A DNA stretch of 64,000 bases from Paraphysomonas bandaiensis (taxonomy: Eukaryota; Protista; Chrysophyceae). Each line of letters starts with the position of its first letter. The first letter of the stretch is position 1. Where the stretch lies: positions 98,787-162,786 of the forward strand of contig CBFFRP010000110.1 of the NCBI GenBank assembly GCA_965644295.1. Reading direction: 5' to 3'. The notes under the pieces are model-generated. The model had not been told where the DNA came from. It worked only from the letters and a program-made list of their open reading frames with translations, and did not search any database. Shown here in pieces: positions 53,270 through 64,000 of this stretch. Made by a program: the position numbers and the translations under genes.

Positions 53270-53900
53270 AGCTAGTAGTAGTTTAGGAGTAAATATGCTT
53301 CAAGCAGCGGTACTTAGTTGGTTTGGGGTTTGGTAGTGCTAGTTGCTTTTGTTCTTGGTGCGCTTAGTGTCTTCTCGTCAGTGAGAGTCGAATCCATCAT
53401 CATCTTTTTCCTCTTCTTCTTCAGTTTTGTCCAATAGAAAACATTTGAGCTCTGCGCCTTCTCAGGTCGAGTGATAGTGTGTCCAATCCGCTTTGGACTT
53501 TCACAACAGAATTTTTGAAGGTCTGATTTATAATTATGTCCGCATCCGCACCAAGGTAGTTGCTAGCACTTGGGAATTTCTGAATTTAGGGTGGTATTGA
53601 ATAAATAGCGCACAACATTACTGATCAGCCTATATTCCTTTCTGGAAAATCATAGAAACTTTTCGAATTTTCTTAACTCCGCCGTCAAGTGTCACTCTAT
53701 TAGAGATCGTTGACCTCATTGCCAAAATTTCACCTGCCCAGATCTCCTGCCAACTCCAAAATCTTTGAAGCATTGTAAATATGGAGCCCCATAGTGTGTC
53801 ATTCTTCACAAGTGCACATGGTGGCAAGTCCTGTTTCTTCAATTTGGTAGCATATTTCAGAGTGTGGAGCTGTTTGCACAAGTTGGGTGCAAAGCACCCT
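53270..53900 (-). pseudogene. hAT-like transposase remnant
   Basis: LHTLKYATKL..PPCALVKNDTLWGSIFTMLQRF (hAT TRW.S...ML.R block), YLGADADIIINQTFKNSVVKV, KYRCLKHI; frameshifted. Confidence 0.7.
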
Positions 53901-53949
53901 TAAATTGATTCTGTTGTTAAATTGTCAGACATATCTAGATACACACACA

Positions 53950-54527
53950 CTATTGTAATTATATGATCGAGTATAAGATTTACATGACCAAACTCTAATG
54001 CAGGTTTCAAATGTAGAAAACAGTAGAAAGCCCTGCTAATATCATGTCCATACCGCTGTATGTCCAGATTGTAGTGAACTTCAATTCTGCAGTATCCTGT
54101 AAGGCAGAATCGGTAAGATAATGATAGCCAATCTACATAGAGATATATATCTTCAAACTATGAATTACGCTATGAATCGAGCTGAACTTAGTCTTGTAGC
54201 TCAAGATTAAAAGGAAAGAAAAGTAATCGACCGTACAAAGAACACACTACTTCTCTTAATGTTAAGATATATTTATAATGAGAGGCCAACTTTCCCACCA
54301 TTAAGGGTGATGTAGATAGAGGGCAATAAATGGCCATCGTCCTTAATGTTTTCCAAGTTCTAATTCTAACATCAAGTCCTTATACTATAGAGTAAATAAT
54401 TGCCAATTAATTTCAATTTAATTGTAACCTTCCAGCGAGCAATTATATTGCAATTACTACGTATATTCCATCCAATTTAATTTCAATTACAATTAATTGC
54501 AATTCAAATAATTAATATTCAGCCCTG
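53950..54527. mobile_element. hAT family-2 right part, diverged paralog of 47500-48145
   Basis: Shared blocks (ATAATGAGAGGCCAAC, AATAAATGGCCATCGTCCTTAATGTTTT); ends ...TCAGCCCTG. Confidence 0.8.
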
Positions 54528-54736
54528 CTGATCAGTGATACTAATGTATTGTTGGATCAGTTAGAATAGTATTACAACGTTGTCAACGGGGCGCTACATT
54601 ACAATACAATTGCAATTTATTTGTCACCCCGCGCTCCTCAGTATACGGTGTACATATATAGCTAATACGGAACATACTATATTCTACCCGGAAGTGTACT
54701 ATTTCATTATTACCTATTAGAGGTAAAGTAACCAAC

Positions 54737-55658
54737 GACAGCTATCATGAACCCATTCGGCACCCACATTGAAGCTATTAGAACAAGCATCAACGATTTT
54801 TCAATAAAATATCTGCAGCGGTATGTGACAGATGTGATTATCCTGTGCAGGTTCTACTGTCCTGTGGAATGGGTGACTAGAATCAAATTTCACGTCAGAT
54901 GTACGAAATACATTGAAGTATATATTATCCATGCTACCAGATTCATCAGAACGCATATTAAGCTTCAGTATAATTGTTAAAGCAGGTACACCTCGTGTAT
55001 TGCTCGCGGAGTTACGGGTGAGGAGAATACATATCACAGCGCGTAGGATAGACTCACTCAACTTTTAACATGCTGTTGAATGGCTCTTCTGCACGAAAGT
55101 CTTTCTGTCCATTATATCATTCCATGAAAATACTTGAATAAACCGGCAGTCTGGCAGTGTGACATGACGACAAACTGACACTCATATATATAACTGGGAC
55201 AGCTATCATGAACCCATTCGGCACCCACATTGAAGCTATTAGAACAAGCATCAACGATTTTTCAATAAAATATCTGCAGCGGTATGTGACAGATGTGATT
55301 ATCCTGTGCAGGTTCTACTGTCCTGTGGAATGGGTGACTAGAATCAAATTTCACGTCAGATGTACGAAATACATTGAAGTATATATTATCCATGCTACCA
55401 GATTCATCAGAACGCATATTAAGCTTCAGTATAATTGTTAAAGCAGGTACACCTCGTGTATTGCTCGCGGAGTTACGGGTGAGGAGAATACATATCACAG
55501 CGCGTAGGATAGACTCACTCAACTTTTGACATGCTGTTGAATGGCTCTTCTGCACGAAAGTCTTTCTGTCCATTATATCATTCCATGAAAATACTTGAAT
55601 AAACCGGCAGTCTGGCAGTGTGACATGACGACAAACTGACACTCATATATATAACTGG
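54737..55658. repeat. Near-perfect tandem duplication, 2 x 461 bp
   Basis: 54737-55197 equals 55198-55658; one substitution noticed (CTTTTAACATG vs CTTTTGACATG). Confidence 0.95.
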
Positions 55659-56088
55659 CGTCAGTGCAGTTTGTCTACACTATACGTCCATATATCGGCG
55701 TTATGCTTCCTTCGTTGCAACGTTTATTTCGAGCTTGCAGATATACTTCCAGCGGATTAGGTGGTGCAGTTGCTTCCAGTCAACGGTTGATTGTTGAGAT
55801 ATTGCATTTCTTCCCATTGCTTACATGATACTGTATTTCCATATTGAGTATGCGTATAAAAAGAGGAGTTTTTAGGGGAATACACTGTTTTTTCTTATTT
55901 TCTTTTCATGGAACTGTATGATATGTGGAGTTTTTGCCGCCCATCAATATCAGCAAGGAGGCCATCTTTTTTTTTTATATGACAATATGTGTCGTATTTT
56001 GGTAAAGATTTGAGTGCATTGAAGAATGTGTAGCTTATGAAATATCATATATATATATCAGTGTAATGTCCTCTGTTTGAACAGGAGA

Positions 56089-57060
56089 ATGCCGAGAGCT
56101 GTTATATTTCGAACATACAGAAGATTCATTCCACGGATACCATGTCCTATAAGATACACATCACATGATTCTCATTTAAACCGTCAAGAGACAATCGATC
56201 ATGTTATTGAACTGATGCAGAAGGACCCCACACTAGTTCGTGGTATATTAGAAACTCTTAAACAAGACAGCAATGATGATAACAATATGCAAGTCATTCG
56301 TTTCTTCGTAAAAGAAGTCAAGAAGTCCAGTGTGACGAAGGAAGAATTTAAACATTGGCTGCATTATCGATCAACTCGCGGCAAGGAGTATAGCTCAGTA
56401 CCGCTGCCGAATATAGAAATATCTCGTAATGAGGGAGGCGTGGCTATTCCCACAACTACACAGCTTATGCGCTTGGCTGTTAAGTCTGGTGTTCCTTTCA
56501 TTGGGTTTGGATTTTTAGACAATGCGCTCATGCTTCTCGCGGGAAATGAAATAGAAACTTATTTCGGTGCCTCATTTGGTATTTCTGCACTTGCTGCAGC
56601 TGCATTAGGGAATACAATTTCAGATATGGCGGGCATTCAGGCGGGAGGTATTATAGAGAACCTCGCTGCAAGGATGGGCATCCGTGACCCCGACCTCTCC
56701 CGAGAACAGATGAATATGAATATTTGTAAGCTATTGAGTGTGTTCGCCTCTATGATCGGTATTGCTATTGGCTGTCTGATAGGTATGTGCCCTCTGCTTT
56801 GGATTGACCAGGACAAGGCTCTTAGGGAGGTGTTCAACTCGTTAGACACAGGCAAGAAGGGGTATTTGGAAGTTAAGGAATTGTATGCACCTCTGCAAAA
56901 GTTGCTTGGAGAGAGCTGTGATCTGAATTTAAAATCACTTTTCGCTTCTCTGAAGTTTAGCGACTCTGACCGAGTTGGATTTGATGATTTTAAGATAGTA
57001 TACAATGCCGTCCTGACTATGAAATCACTTAAAAAAGTTGTCCATAATAGTGAGAGTTAG
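56089..57060 (+). CDS. TMEM65: TMEM65-family membrane protein with C-terminal EF-hand-like motifs, probably mitochondrial
   Basis: VPFIGFGFLDNALMLLAGNEIE..FG..ISALAAAALGNTISDMAGI and IGIAIGCLIGMCPL (TMEM65 signature); Arg-rich, acid-free N-terminus; LREVFNSLDTGKKGYLEVKEL. Single ORF. Confidence 0.88.
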   Translation: MPRAVIFRTYRRFIPRIPCPIRYTSHDSHLNRQETIDHVIELMQKDPTLVRGILETLKQDSNDDNNMQVIRFFVKEVKKSSVTKEEFKHWLHYRSTRGKEYSSVPLPNIEISRNEGGVAIPTTTQLMRLAVKSGVPFIGFGFLDNALMLLAGNEIETYFGASFGISALAAAALGNTISDMAGIQAGGIIENLAARMGIRDPDLSREQMNMNICKLLSVFASMIGIAIGCLIGMCPLLWIDQDKALREVFNSLDTGKKGYLEVKELYAPLQKLLGESCDLNLKSLFASLKFSDSDRVGFDDFKIVYNAVLTMKSLKKVVHNSES

Positions 57061-57797
57061 GATATAAACGTTGCAAATAGTATCATAATATTTTCATAAA
57101 AGCAAAACGTACTGCACTTGTATTTACAAGAAAGAATGAAAGATAGGAACAAGGTTTGGTATACTGTAACTTGTTAATTATCTATGTACAGTAGTTAGTA
57201 GTTTCACCATGACTGGAAGTAATGAACTTTCTTCATTTATTACAGCTTGATGATCAGTGCATTGCTTTATAGTTATGTTAACGGAACTAAAAATGAGTAC
57301 AAATCATATACCTGAAACAAAATTGCAGATTACATTTTTTACTATTCATAAAACTTAAAAAGATAAACGCATTGAAGATTTATCAACAGTTCGTCGCTGA
57401 ACAGTGACATACTGCATATGATAGATTTCATACTTATTAGTGCGTCTTCGTAAAAGTGAACATTACGGCTATGTCAGCCAAACTATACGTAATAACGAGA
57501 TGAATTGAACTAGGTATACAGCAAATGAATTAATACTACAGCATGAAGTTATGGCAGCCAGTGGAAAGGTCTATTTCCATAAGAAATATACATCAAGTAG
57601 GATGGATGGGTAGAGTAAATAGTAGTACATGAGTTAAAGGCGTGGACAAAAGATCAAATCAATAGATATAGACTCCTGGGAGGTAGTGTTTGCTAACAAC
57701 TACTATATGTAAGTGACTACAGCATAGTAGAACTAGTGGTGGAAAAGCATTCCCAACTGATGGCAACACCACAAACCTGACAAGTTACACAAAAAGT

Positions 57798-59636
57798 CTA
57801 GGGTCCCCCAAAGTTAAATATTCCACCTGGGGCGGTACTGTTCCCTTGGATACTAGTACCAAATCCGAACTGCTGTGTCCCTTCAGTGCCTCCCTCTACA
57901 ACCTGAGGTACCATTGCTCCTTCATCCTCCTCCTCACCACCGAAATAAATCTCAATTATCTTTACAGCCCGCTGGTAGATGCTATGGTTCTCATGATTCT
58001 GGAGCTCTTCAATGCGGTTGAGGCCGCCGTTGTCTGCCACCAACGTAGCCATGGGATTGGTTTGGGGATTACCGTTTGATGCTTGTAGTCCTACTTTCAA
58101 AATATTTTCTATACCTTCTAGGGCCACTGTGACGATCTTAGTATCTTTCACATCCAGCAGGTTACACAGTGGTCCCATTGCTCCCTGCTGTACAATGTAG
58201 ATAATTTGCTGAGCAGAGCCACCAGATGTGGCATTGCTAACTGCCCATGCCGCTTCTTTTTGAATGTCGAACTCGGAGTTCTGAAGCATCTCAATGAGCT
58301 TGGGGAACACACCTGCATTTACTACTGCCTCGATCTGTTCCGGAGTGCCAGCAGTAATGTTCGATATGGTCCAGCAAGCCTCCTTGCGTATATTCTTCTT
58401 AGGGTGATCCAAAAGCCACAGAAGTGCCGGTACAGCATTCAGATCAATAATCATTTGCGTCTGAGAGTCATCGCCGGTCACTATATTACCTACTGCACGC
58501 AACGCAGGGGTCTGTACAGAGGGTGTACTGCTACGGAGTAACTCTACTAGCCTTGGAGCAACACCTGCATTAAGTACGACCTGAATCCTTTCATTAGGTC
58601 CATCAGACATGTAGCTCAGAGCCCAACAGGCATCCGTGACGGTCTCCATATCGTTTGAGTTGACAAGGTGCGCTAAGAGAGGAACGGCAGGGCGCACTAA
58701 ATCAAAGGCGGGCGGCGGTTTCCCTCGACAGAGATTGGAAAGAGTCCATGTGATATTGCGGATCATAGATAGACGAGAGTTTTCGTTGAAACTGGTACTG
58801 ACTTGAAGAAGGGCGCTGAGAGTACCCATACTGAGCACAAGATCACGGCATTCAACGGAGTCCCCAGCAATGTTGCCCAAGGCCCATGCCGCCTGCTCTC
58901 TCACGTCCTCACTTGGAGACATCAGAAGCTCAACGAATATACCCACCGCACCAGCTTCTATCACAACGCGTGTGTGGTCGGACGTACCAGATGCGATATT
59001 GGTGAGTGCCCAGGCGGCCTCAAACTGAAGAGGAGGGTTGTCACTGCATCTAAGAAACTCAACGAATCGAGGAACTACACCGGTCTCGATAACCTGCTGG
59101 ATAGGCGGGTGGCGCTCTGGATTAATATATCAAATAAAAAAGCGGAAACATGAGTGCGATATATATTGACCTATTGAGAGTAATCGCCTGAACTGCTGAG
59201 TGGCTTTCAGTTGTAGCTCAGGGTCATTGGAGAAGACGCTTTTTCTGTGTTCAGCTAACAGTGCAGGAGATATCTGCTGCACAGGAGAAGAATTGGAAGT
59301 TGGACACACTGCCTCAGATGATTCTAGTGCCTGAATCGTGTTACGAAAATCATCATGAACGCTGAAATTCATACCGTTCTCCTGCGCTGATTTAGCCTGT
59401 CTTCTCTCTTGTTCTTGCGTATTTGAATAGTTGTTTCAGTGCGCCTACAGTTATAAATCTAATTCAATATAATCACCAGCATATCCACAAGTTAATTACC
59501 TGCGTCTTGCATCGTCCAGATCAACGCCTTTTTTTAAGTTCTTTTTGCGCGCAGCGGTCTGCAGAGAGACCCATTATACAGTATTATAAATATGTCGTTT
59601 CCAAAACACCTCATTTGTTTCATTAATGTTAATCAT
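57798..59636 (-). CDS. Importin subunit alpha
   Basis: IBB domain [39 protein letters not shown]; ARM repeats [50 protein letters not shown]; 4 introns. Start at 59636 inferred from splice sites. Confidence 0.95.
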
Positions 59637-60092
59637 AAATAAGATATCACGTTCGATACTATTCGTTTTACTGTAGACCTTATCGCTTATATGTCGTGAC
59701 TTATATGATACCTCTCGGGTTCAAGAAGCCCTGCGTGAGAAGAGGAAGGAGAAGCACAAAGCACATACACTCTACATACATATACAGTTATATATACGTT
59801 TTCCTATATAGAGACACAAGATACCCATACTGTAGAATCCTAGAAGGAGAAGGAAACCAACTCTACTACTGTATTTATCAATAATACGTGTGGTATTAGT
59901 TCCGATATCTCGAGAAGTCGCATCAGAGTTCAGTTTACAAAAGCAGTTTAAAATATTAACAGATAGAGTGTTGTCCTGCTCTATGCTGTGTATACACCAT
60001 TTGGAAAGGTGCTGTGAGATTGGATTGCAGATTTAATCTTAGGATGAAAGTATCGGAGATATTTTGAATATTCTATTAAAACTGTGTAGTTC

Positions 60093-61359
60093 ATGACGCA
60101 TCTATCGTCAATGCACTCTGACACAGCGAAACGAAACGAATATGATCAGCTCTTAAACAACTTAGAAGGAATGGAGCAGACATTGATGCAGCATATAAGA
60201 ACATCAGGACTAAAAAAGAATCGAGAGTGTGCTGTAATTGATGAAATACTTAATATCAGAACGCATAGAAAGCAGCTGTTCTCGACTCTGACGAAAGAAA
60301 TTGCTTATTTAACTGATAGTTTCAACAAGTCAGAATCAACACTCGCAGCTGAACGAGAGAAGTTTGAGGCACAGGTAAAGTCAATGGAAACCACGCTTCG
60401 GTCTGAAATAGATTCGAAAACGATGGAATTGCGTCGAGTAAAGGCTAAATATGTTGAGAAAATGGAAAATTTGAAGAATAGTTACAACAGTGCTGTTAAG
60501 AGTGAAGTTTCCATTGTGAAGAGTGAATATGAACAGAAACTTCGCCTTCTTGAAACAAAAGTTAGAGACGTTCAGTCACAAAGCCAATTGAGTCATGAGG
60601 CTGCTACTAAAAAAGCAATTGATGAGCATATAGAGCGCGCGAATGAGAAGTATTCGAGCTCGCTACAACGGTATAGTAGATGCACCTAAATGACCTATTT
60701 AAATGCTGTGCTGTGAATCTTGCTGTGGCAGGTACAAAGACGCCTTGAGGTCCCTGGTAGAACGGGAGCGTTCGCTTGAGGACTCCTCCAGGCGTCTGAA
60801 AGGTCAGGTGGAGACACTCACAAGTGAGAAAAGGTAAACGAGTTGCTTTGTGCTAAGTCTCATCACCTCATTTGTGTCTGTTAGCTGCTTGCAGGAGAGA
60901 ATATCGAGTCTAACAGAGCAACTGTCTACATCGCTTTCTGCAGGTGTGTATGAGACTTTGAGGTTCTGTTATTGATAGTGTTTTACCAGTGGAAGATGCC
61001 AGACGACTGCGAGATGAGGCCGTTGAAAAGTATACACGACTAGCTCAGAAATATAAAACAGAGCGCGCCGCCATTCAGCAAGAGGTTCAATCCGTGCGCT
61101 CCGTTACGGATGAGTCAATGAACAGGCTTCAGGTGCCAATGAACTGCAGTAATTTAGGTTAGTGTGAACTGTGTGTTGATGTATATAGGCTCGGCACAAC
61201 AAAGAGCTCGAGGCTGTGGACGAAAAGGTTCGACGAGCACTTGCAGCTAAGGATGATACAATTTTATCTCTACAACAAGCACTGACAGCAGCACGTGTAC
61301 GTTGGCAACAAGCAGAGGAGCTACTAGAGAGCCTGAACAGCAAAATACAGAGCACATGA
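60093..61359 (+). CDS. Coiled-coil protein with CEP131/AZI1-like C-terminal motif
   Basis: Multi-exon heptad-rich ORF. Last exon ARHNKELEAVDEKVRRALAAKDDTILSLQQALTAARVRWQQAEELL resembles the CEP131 C-terminus, but the protein is much shorter than CEP131. Confidence 0.6.
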
Positions 61360-61639
61360 CACTCATTGAACTCTTTTAGATTTTGTAGTGTTCTGAAATT
61401 TATTACTGATGAAAATATTTTAGAGCTGTCAATCTTATGGTATAGCTTACAGTGTATATAGAACCTTAATATAGATTACTGGGACTGTTACAGACTTAAA
61501 TGGAATTGATATGATCTAATTGGTATAGTGTGTGCTTTTTAATTAATATGAATATTAATTATAAATGAATATAATGATCTTTTATAGTTGAAAGTCAAGT
61601 AATATATTATTGAATATAGATATTATCATGTATAGCATG

Positions 61640-61990
61640 TAGTAGTGAATGTTTGATTATTAGCACTAGGCGTGTAAGAGTCAGAACTACTGTAGCAAAA
61701 CAATTTAATTATCTCTGATATATAGCCTACTATTTAGTACGTAAGCTGGTTGTGCTCTTGTACGTTACCGCAAGCACCAAGGTCATTAAGGTGAACAGCC
61801 CGAATGCCTGTTTATTCGTCAAGACCCAAAGAAGCAAAGACGTCTATCTACACTCTACACAATACACAAGCGACACCTCTTATTAGTGTCCCATGTACCA
61901 CACAAGCATTTGGCTATGAGTGGGCAGAACGATATAGTTTCTCGGTGAAATATCTCCGGTACTTATCCCGTGCGAGTCCGACTTTTGTCA
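61640..61990 (+). repeat. R1 repeat interrupted by R2 (61784-61969)
   Basis: R1 ...CAAGCACCAAGGT | R2 | GTGCGAGTCCGACTTT. The joined sequence matches the uninterrupted R1 at 53042-53070 (rev-comp). Confidence 0.7.
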
Positions 61991-62993
61991 TGAATAAATA
62001 AATTTGCCTTCCATAACAATTTAAGAATAAGAATATTATAAAATACTTTATGTTAGAATGGACATTTTACTGAAGTCGATGTGATGACCAAACCTGGTGA
62101 AACGGTCAAAATGAAATTTTGAAAATGTCGATTTATGTTAAGTTTTTGGTGCTTTTTGCAATATACTGCAGTAGGTGTGAAGAGAACATGTTTTTTAAAC
62201 ACATTTAATAAGTTTTAATATTAGTTACAGGCAAAAAACGTGAGAATGTAACGGTTACACCCTATACATCATGATAGATGCGTACTATAGTGCTATTATG
62301 TATCTATGTATAGCAAAGTTGACTTCACCGATGAGTTGACTTCACCTCTTGCACAGTGTCACTATTAACTCACTTCAACTGTACAATATATATCACTCAT
62401 ACTTCAGAACTCAACACATTGTTCTCGCACTCTTAGACACACACAGAGAGAGGGGGGGGGGTCTTCGACCCTAGCCGTGTTAACCGTGACCATAAAAACT
62501 ATTAATTTACACCAACCCTTACCCCTATGGTATCGCTGTGTATCACGTACAAGTGCTTCCAATATTGTACATTACATTTTTTTATACACTTTTTTACATA
62601 AAAAATGTCGTGTCACCTTTCACAATAAAAAATGCAAAAAAAATCTTATTTTCACAAATTTTGTAACAGTATACACAACATTTTTTACAACATTTTTCTT
62701 TAAAAAAAACTTTTTTCTAAAAAATAAATATCAGAAATAAATATTTTCAACAAAAATGTCAAAAAAAATGCAATCAAAATAAAATAATACTATACATATT
62801 AACCCCAGCGATCAACCGACCCTATTAACCAAACGATCAACCGACCCTATTAACAAACGATAGACCAACCCTGACTTAAACACCGAACAATTACAACAGA
62901 TAGACGGAACAACAGACCTGTTTAACACTATATATAGACATGCCGTATTTTACTCCCTATTATCCTGTAAAAAAATATATACACTTATTATAT

Positions 62994-63167
62994 ATGCCGA
63001 AGAATCAAGCCCAAGTAAACAAACTGATTAACAAAGCTCTTAGAGCATCAGTAAACAAAGCTAAACAAGACGTAACAAAGCACGCAGAGAACAAGCGTAA
63101 GGAGGTAGCCAAGAAGATAAACAAAAAGGCCACATCTGTGAAAAAAAGAATTAAGAAAAAGCTTTAA
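62994..63167 (+). CDS. 57-aa very basic Lys-rich protein (possible viral DNA-binding/core protein)
   Basis: MPKNQAQVNKLINKALRASVNKAKQDVTKHAENKRKEVAKKINKKATSVKKRIKKKL; ATG directly follows ACACTTATTATAT. Confidence 0.55.
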   Translation: MPKNQAQVNKLINKALRASVNKAKQDVTKHAENKRKEVAKKINKKATSVKKRIKKKL

Positions 63168-63203
63168 TTTATTTAAATTATTATATAACACATATTATAT
63201 ATA

Positions 63204-64000
63204 ATGAATCTATTCCCTAGAAATAAATCTTTTATCTATAATTTTACATCTATGAATTCTAATACAGTCGGCGATACACCTGAAGATTGTACAATTATAT
63301 TACCACCATTACCATATTACCAGGAATGTGATTATTATGAAGTTGAATGTATCGGTTTTTATATAAACTATGAAAGCTTAGATATATCAGCAATTCCTTT
63401 TAATGGTTGTAATAATTTAAATTTCATTGCGGAAAACTTCGCGACAGAACGCAATTGTATTGATATTTGCGAAAATCAATTTCTTGTTTGTGGCACGCAT
63501 TGTGATAGAAACAGATCATATTCAATATGTTATAATAATAAATGTAAAGTAAAAAATACTAAAAAACCAACTACATACAGCTTTAGAACTGACACAGGCA
63601 TAGTAAGAGATAAACCCTTTTGTGTATATGGTGACAAAGAGCCAAAAAAGATACGATTTCGTTTATATGATGAAAATTTAGAACCCTTGAAAAAAGAAGT
63701 TGTAAATTATAATGGTAAAACACATTGGACAGTGTCTTTTTATTTTATACCAATGTACGAAAGTAATTTTAATGAGCACAAGTATAAGTTTTCGTTGTCA
63801 TGTGAAGGAGAAGACGAGGAAAGTGAAGACGAAGAAAGTGAAGACGAAGAAAGCGAAGACGAAGAAAGTGAAGAAAAATGTGAAGACAAACGTGAGGAAA
63901 TGAAGAAGATATTTAAACGTGTCGTAATTGAAACACTCGCTAAACATGTTAACAACACTGCAGGCAATTTTATTGTTGTGAAAAGGTCAGTAAATGGCTA
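63204..64000 (+). CDS. Intron-less ORF of at least 265 aa running off the window end; minor capsid (penton)-like beta domain plus acidic repeat
   Basis: Translated by hand with no stop: MNLFPRNKSFIYNFTSMNSNTVGDTPEDCTIILPPLP..YYEVECIGFYINY...KKIRFRLYDENLEPLKKEVVNYNGKTHWTVSFYFIP...(EDEES)x4...; absent from the ORF track. The ORF is certain; the function is inferred. Confidence 0.65.
   Translation, partial: MNLFPRNKSFIYNFTSMNSNTVGDTPEDCTIILPPLPYYQECDYYEVECIGFYINYESLDISAIPFNGCNNLNFIAENFATERNCIDICENQFLVCGTHCDRNRSYSICYNNKCKVKNTKKPTTYSFRTDTGIVRDKPFCVYGDKEPKKIRFRLYDENLEPLKKEVVNYNGKTHWTVSFYFIPMYESNFNEHKYKFSLSCEGEDEESEDEESEDEESEDEESEEKCEDKREEMKKIFKRVVIETLAKHVNNTAGNFIVVKRSVNG

Larger units (their letters stand above)
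62445..64000 (+). mobile_element. Probable left end of an endogenous Polinton-like virus / virophage / Maverick
   Basis: (AC)n(AG)4G10 junction, abrupt shift to very AT-rich sequence, short direct repeats, closely packed intron-less ORFs sharing an upstream motif, and a penton-like ORF. Hallmark genes (MCP, ATPase, pPolB, integrase) are not in the window. Confidence 0.6.

Noticed and set aside
54747-55441. Two identical 77-aa plus-strand ORFs as a gene pair
   Set aside because: The identity is explained by the tandem duplication; no recognisable motif or other coding support.
62510-62530. Telomere-like AACCCTTACCCCTA
   Set aside because: Only two degenerate units and no array.
63712-63967. 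ORFs 63712..63903 (+) and 63740..63967 (-)
   Set aside because: Shadow frames of the 15-bp EDEES repeat within the long ORF starting at 63204.

Overview
Eukaryotic nuclear DNA with many very short spliceosomal introns (about 35-60 nt) and the standard genetic code. Protein style and flagellum/centriole genes suggest a flagellated stramenopile, possibly a chrysophyte-like ochrophyte (inference). There are 13 host genes: G3BP-like NTF2-RRM, PRP3, S6K-like AGC kinase, amino-acid transporter, DNA pol epsilon, ankyrin-WW protein, RPN5, HMG-CoA reductase, YEATS4/Yaf9, TTLL1, TMEM65-EF-hand, importin-alpha and a CEP131-like coiled-coil protein. Intergenic space is full of often nested transposons: degenerate Ty1/copia elements, two hAT non-autonomous families with 8-bp TSDs, a PIF/Harbinger MITE, a MULE-like element with a 9-bp TSD, and two unclassified dispersed repeats. 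The last ~1.55 kb switches abruptly to AT-rich, intron-less sequence after an (AG)n-G10 terminus. It carries a 265+ aa ORF missing from the ORF track with a minor-capsid/penton-like motif, and is probably the left end of an integrated Polinton-like virus or virophage. Other highlights are an S6K-like kinase that lacks the TOR phospho-site and is fused to a PYM/eIF2A-like putative 40S-binding motif, a TMEM65 fused to EF-hand-like motifs, and an unassigned domain conserved behind the integrase of two diverged copia elements. All family assignments come from reading motifs by eye; no searches were run.
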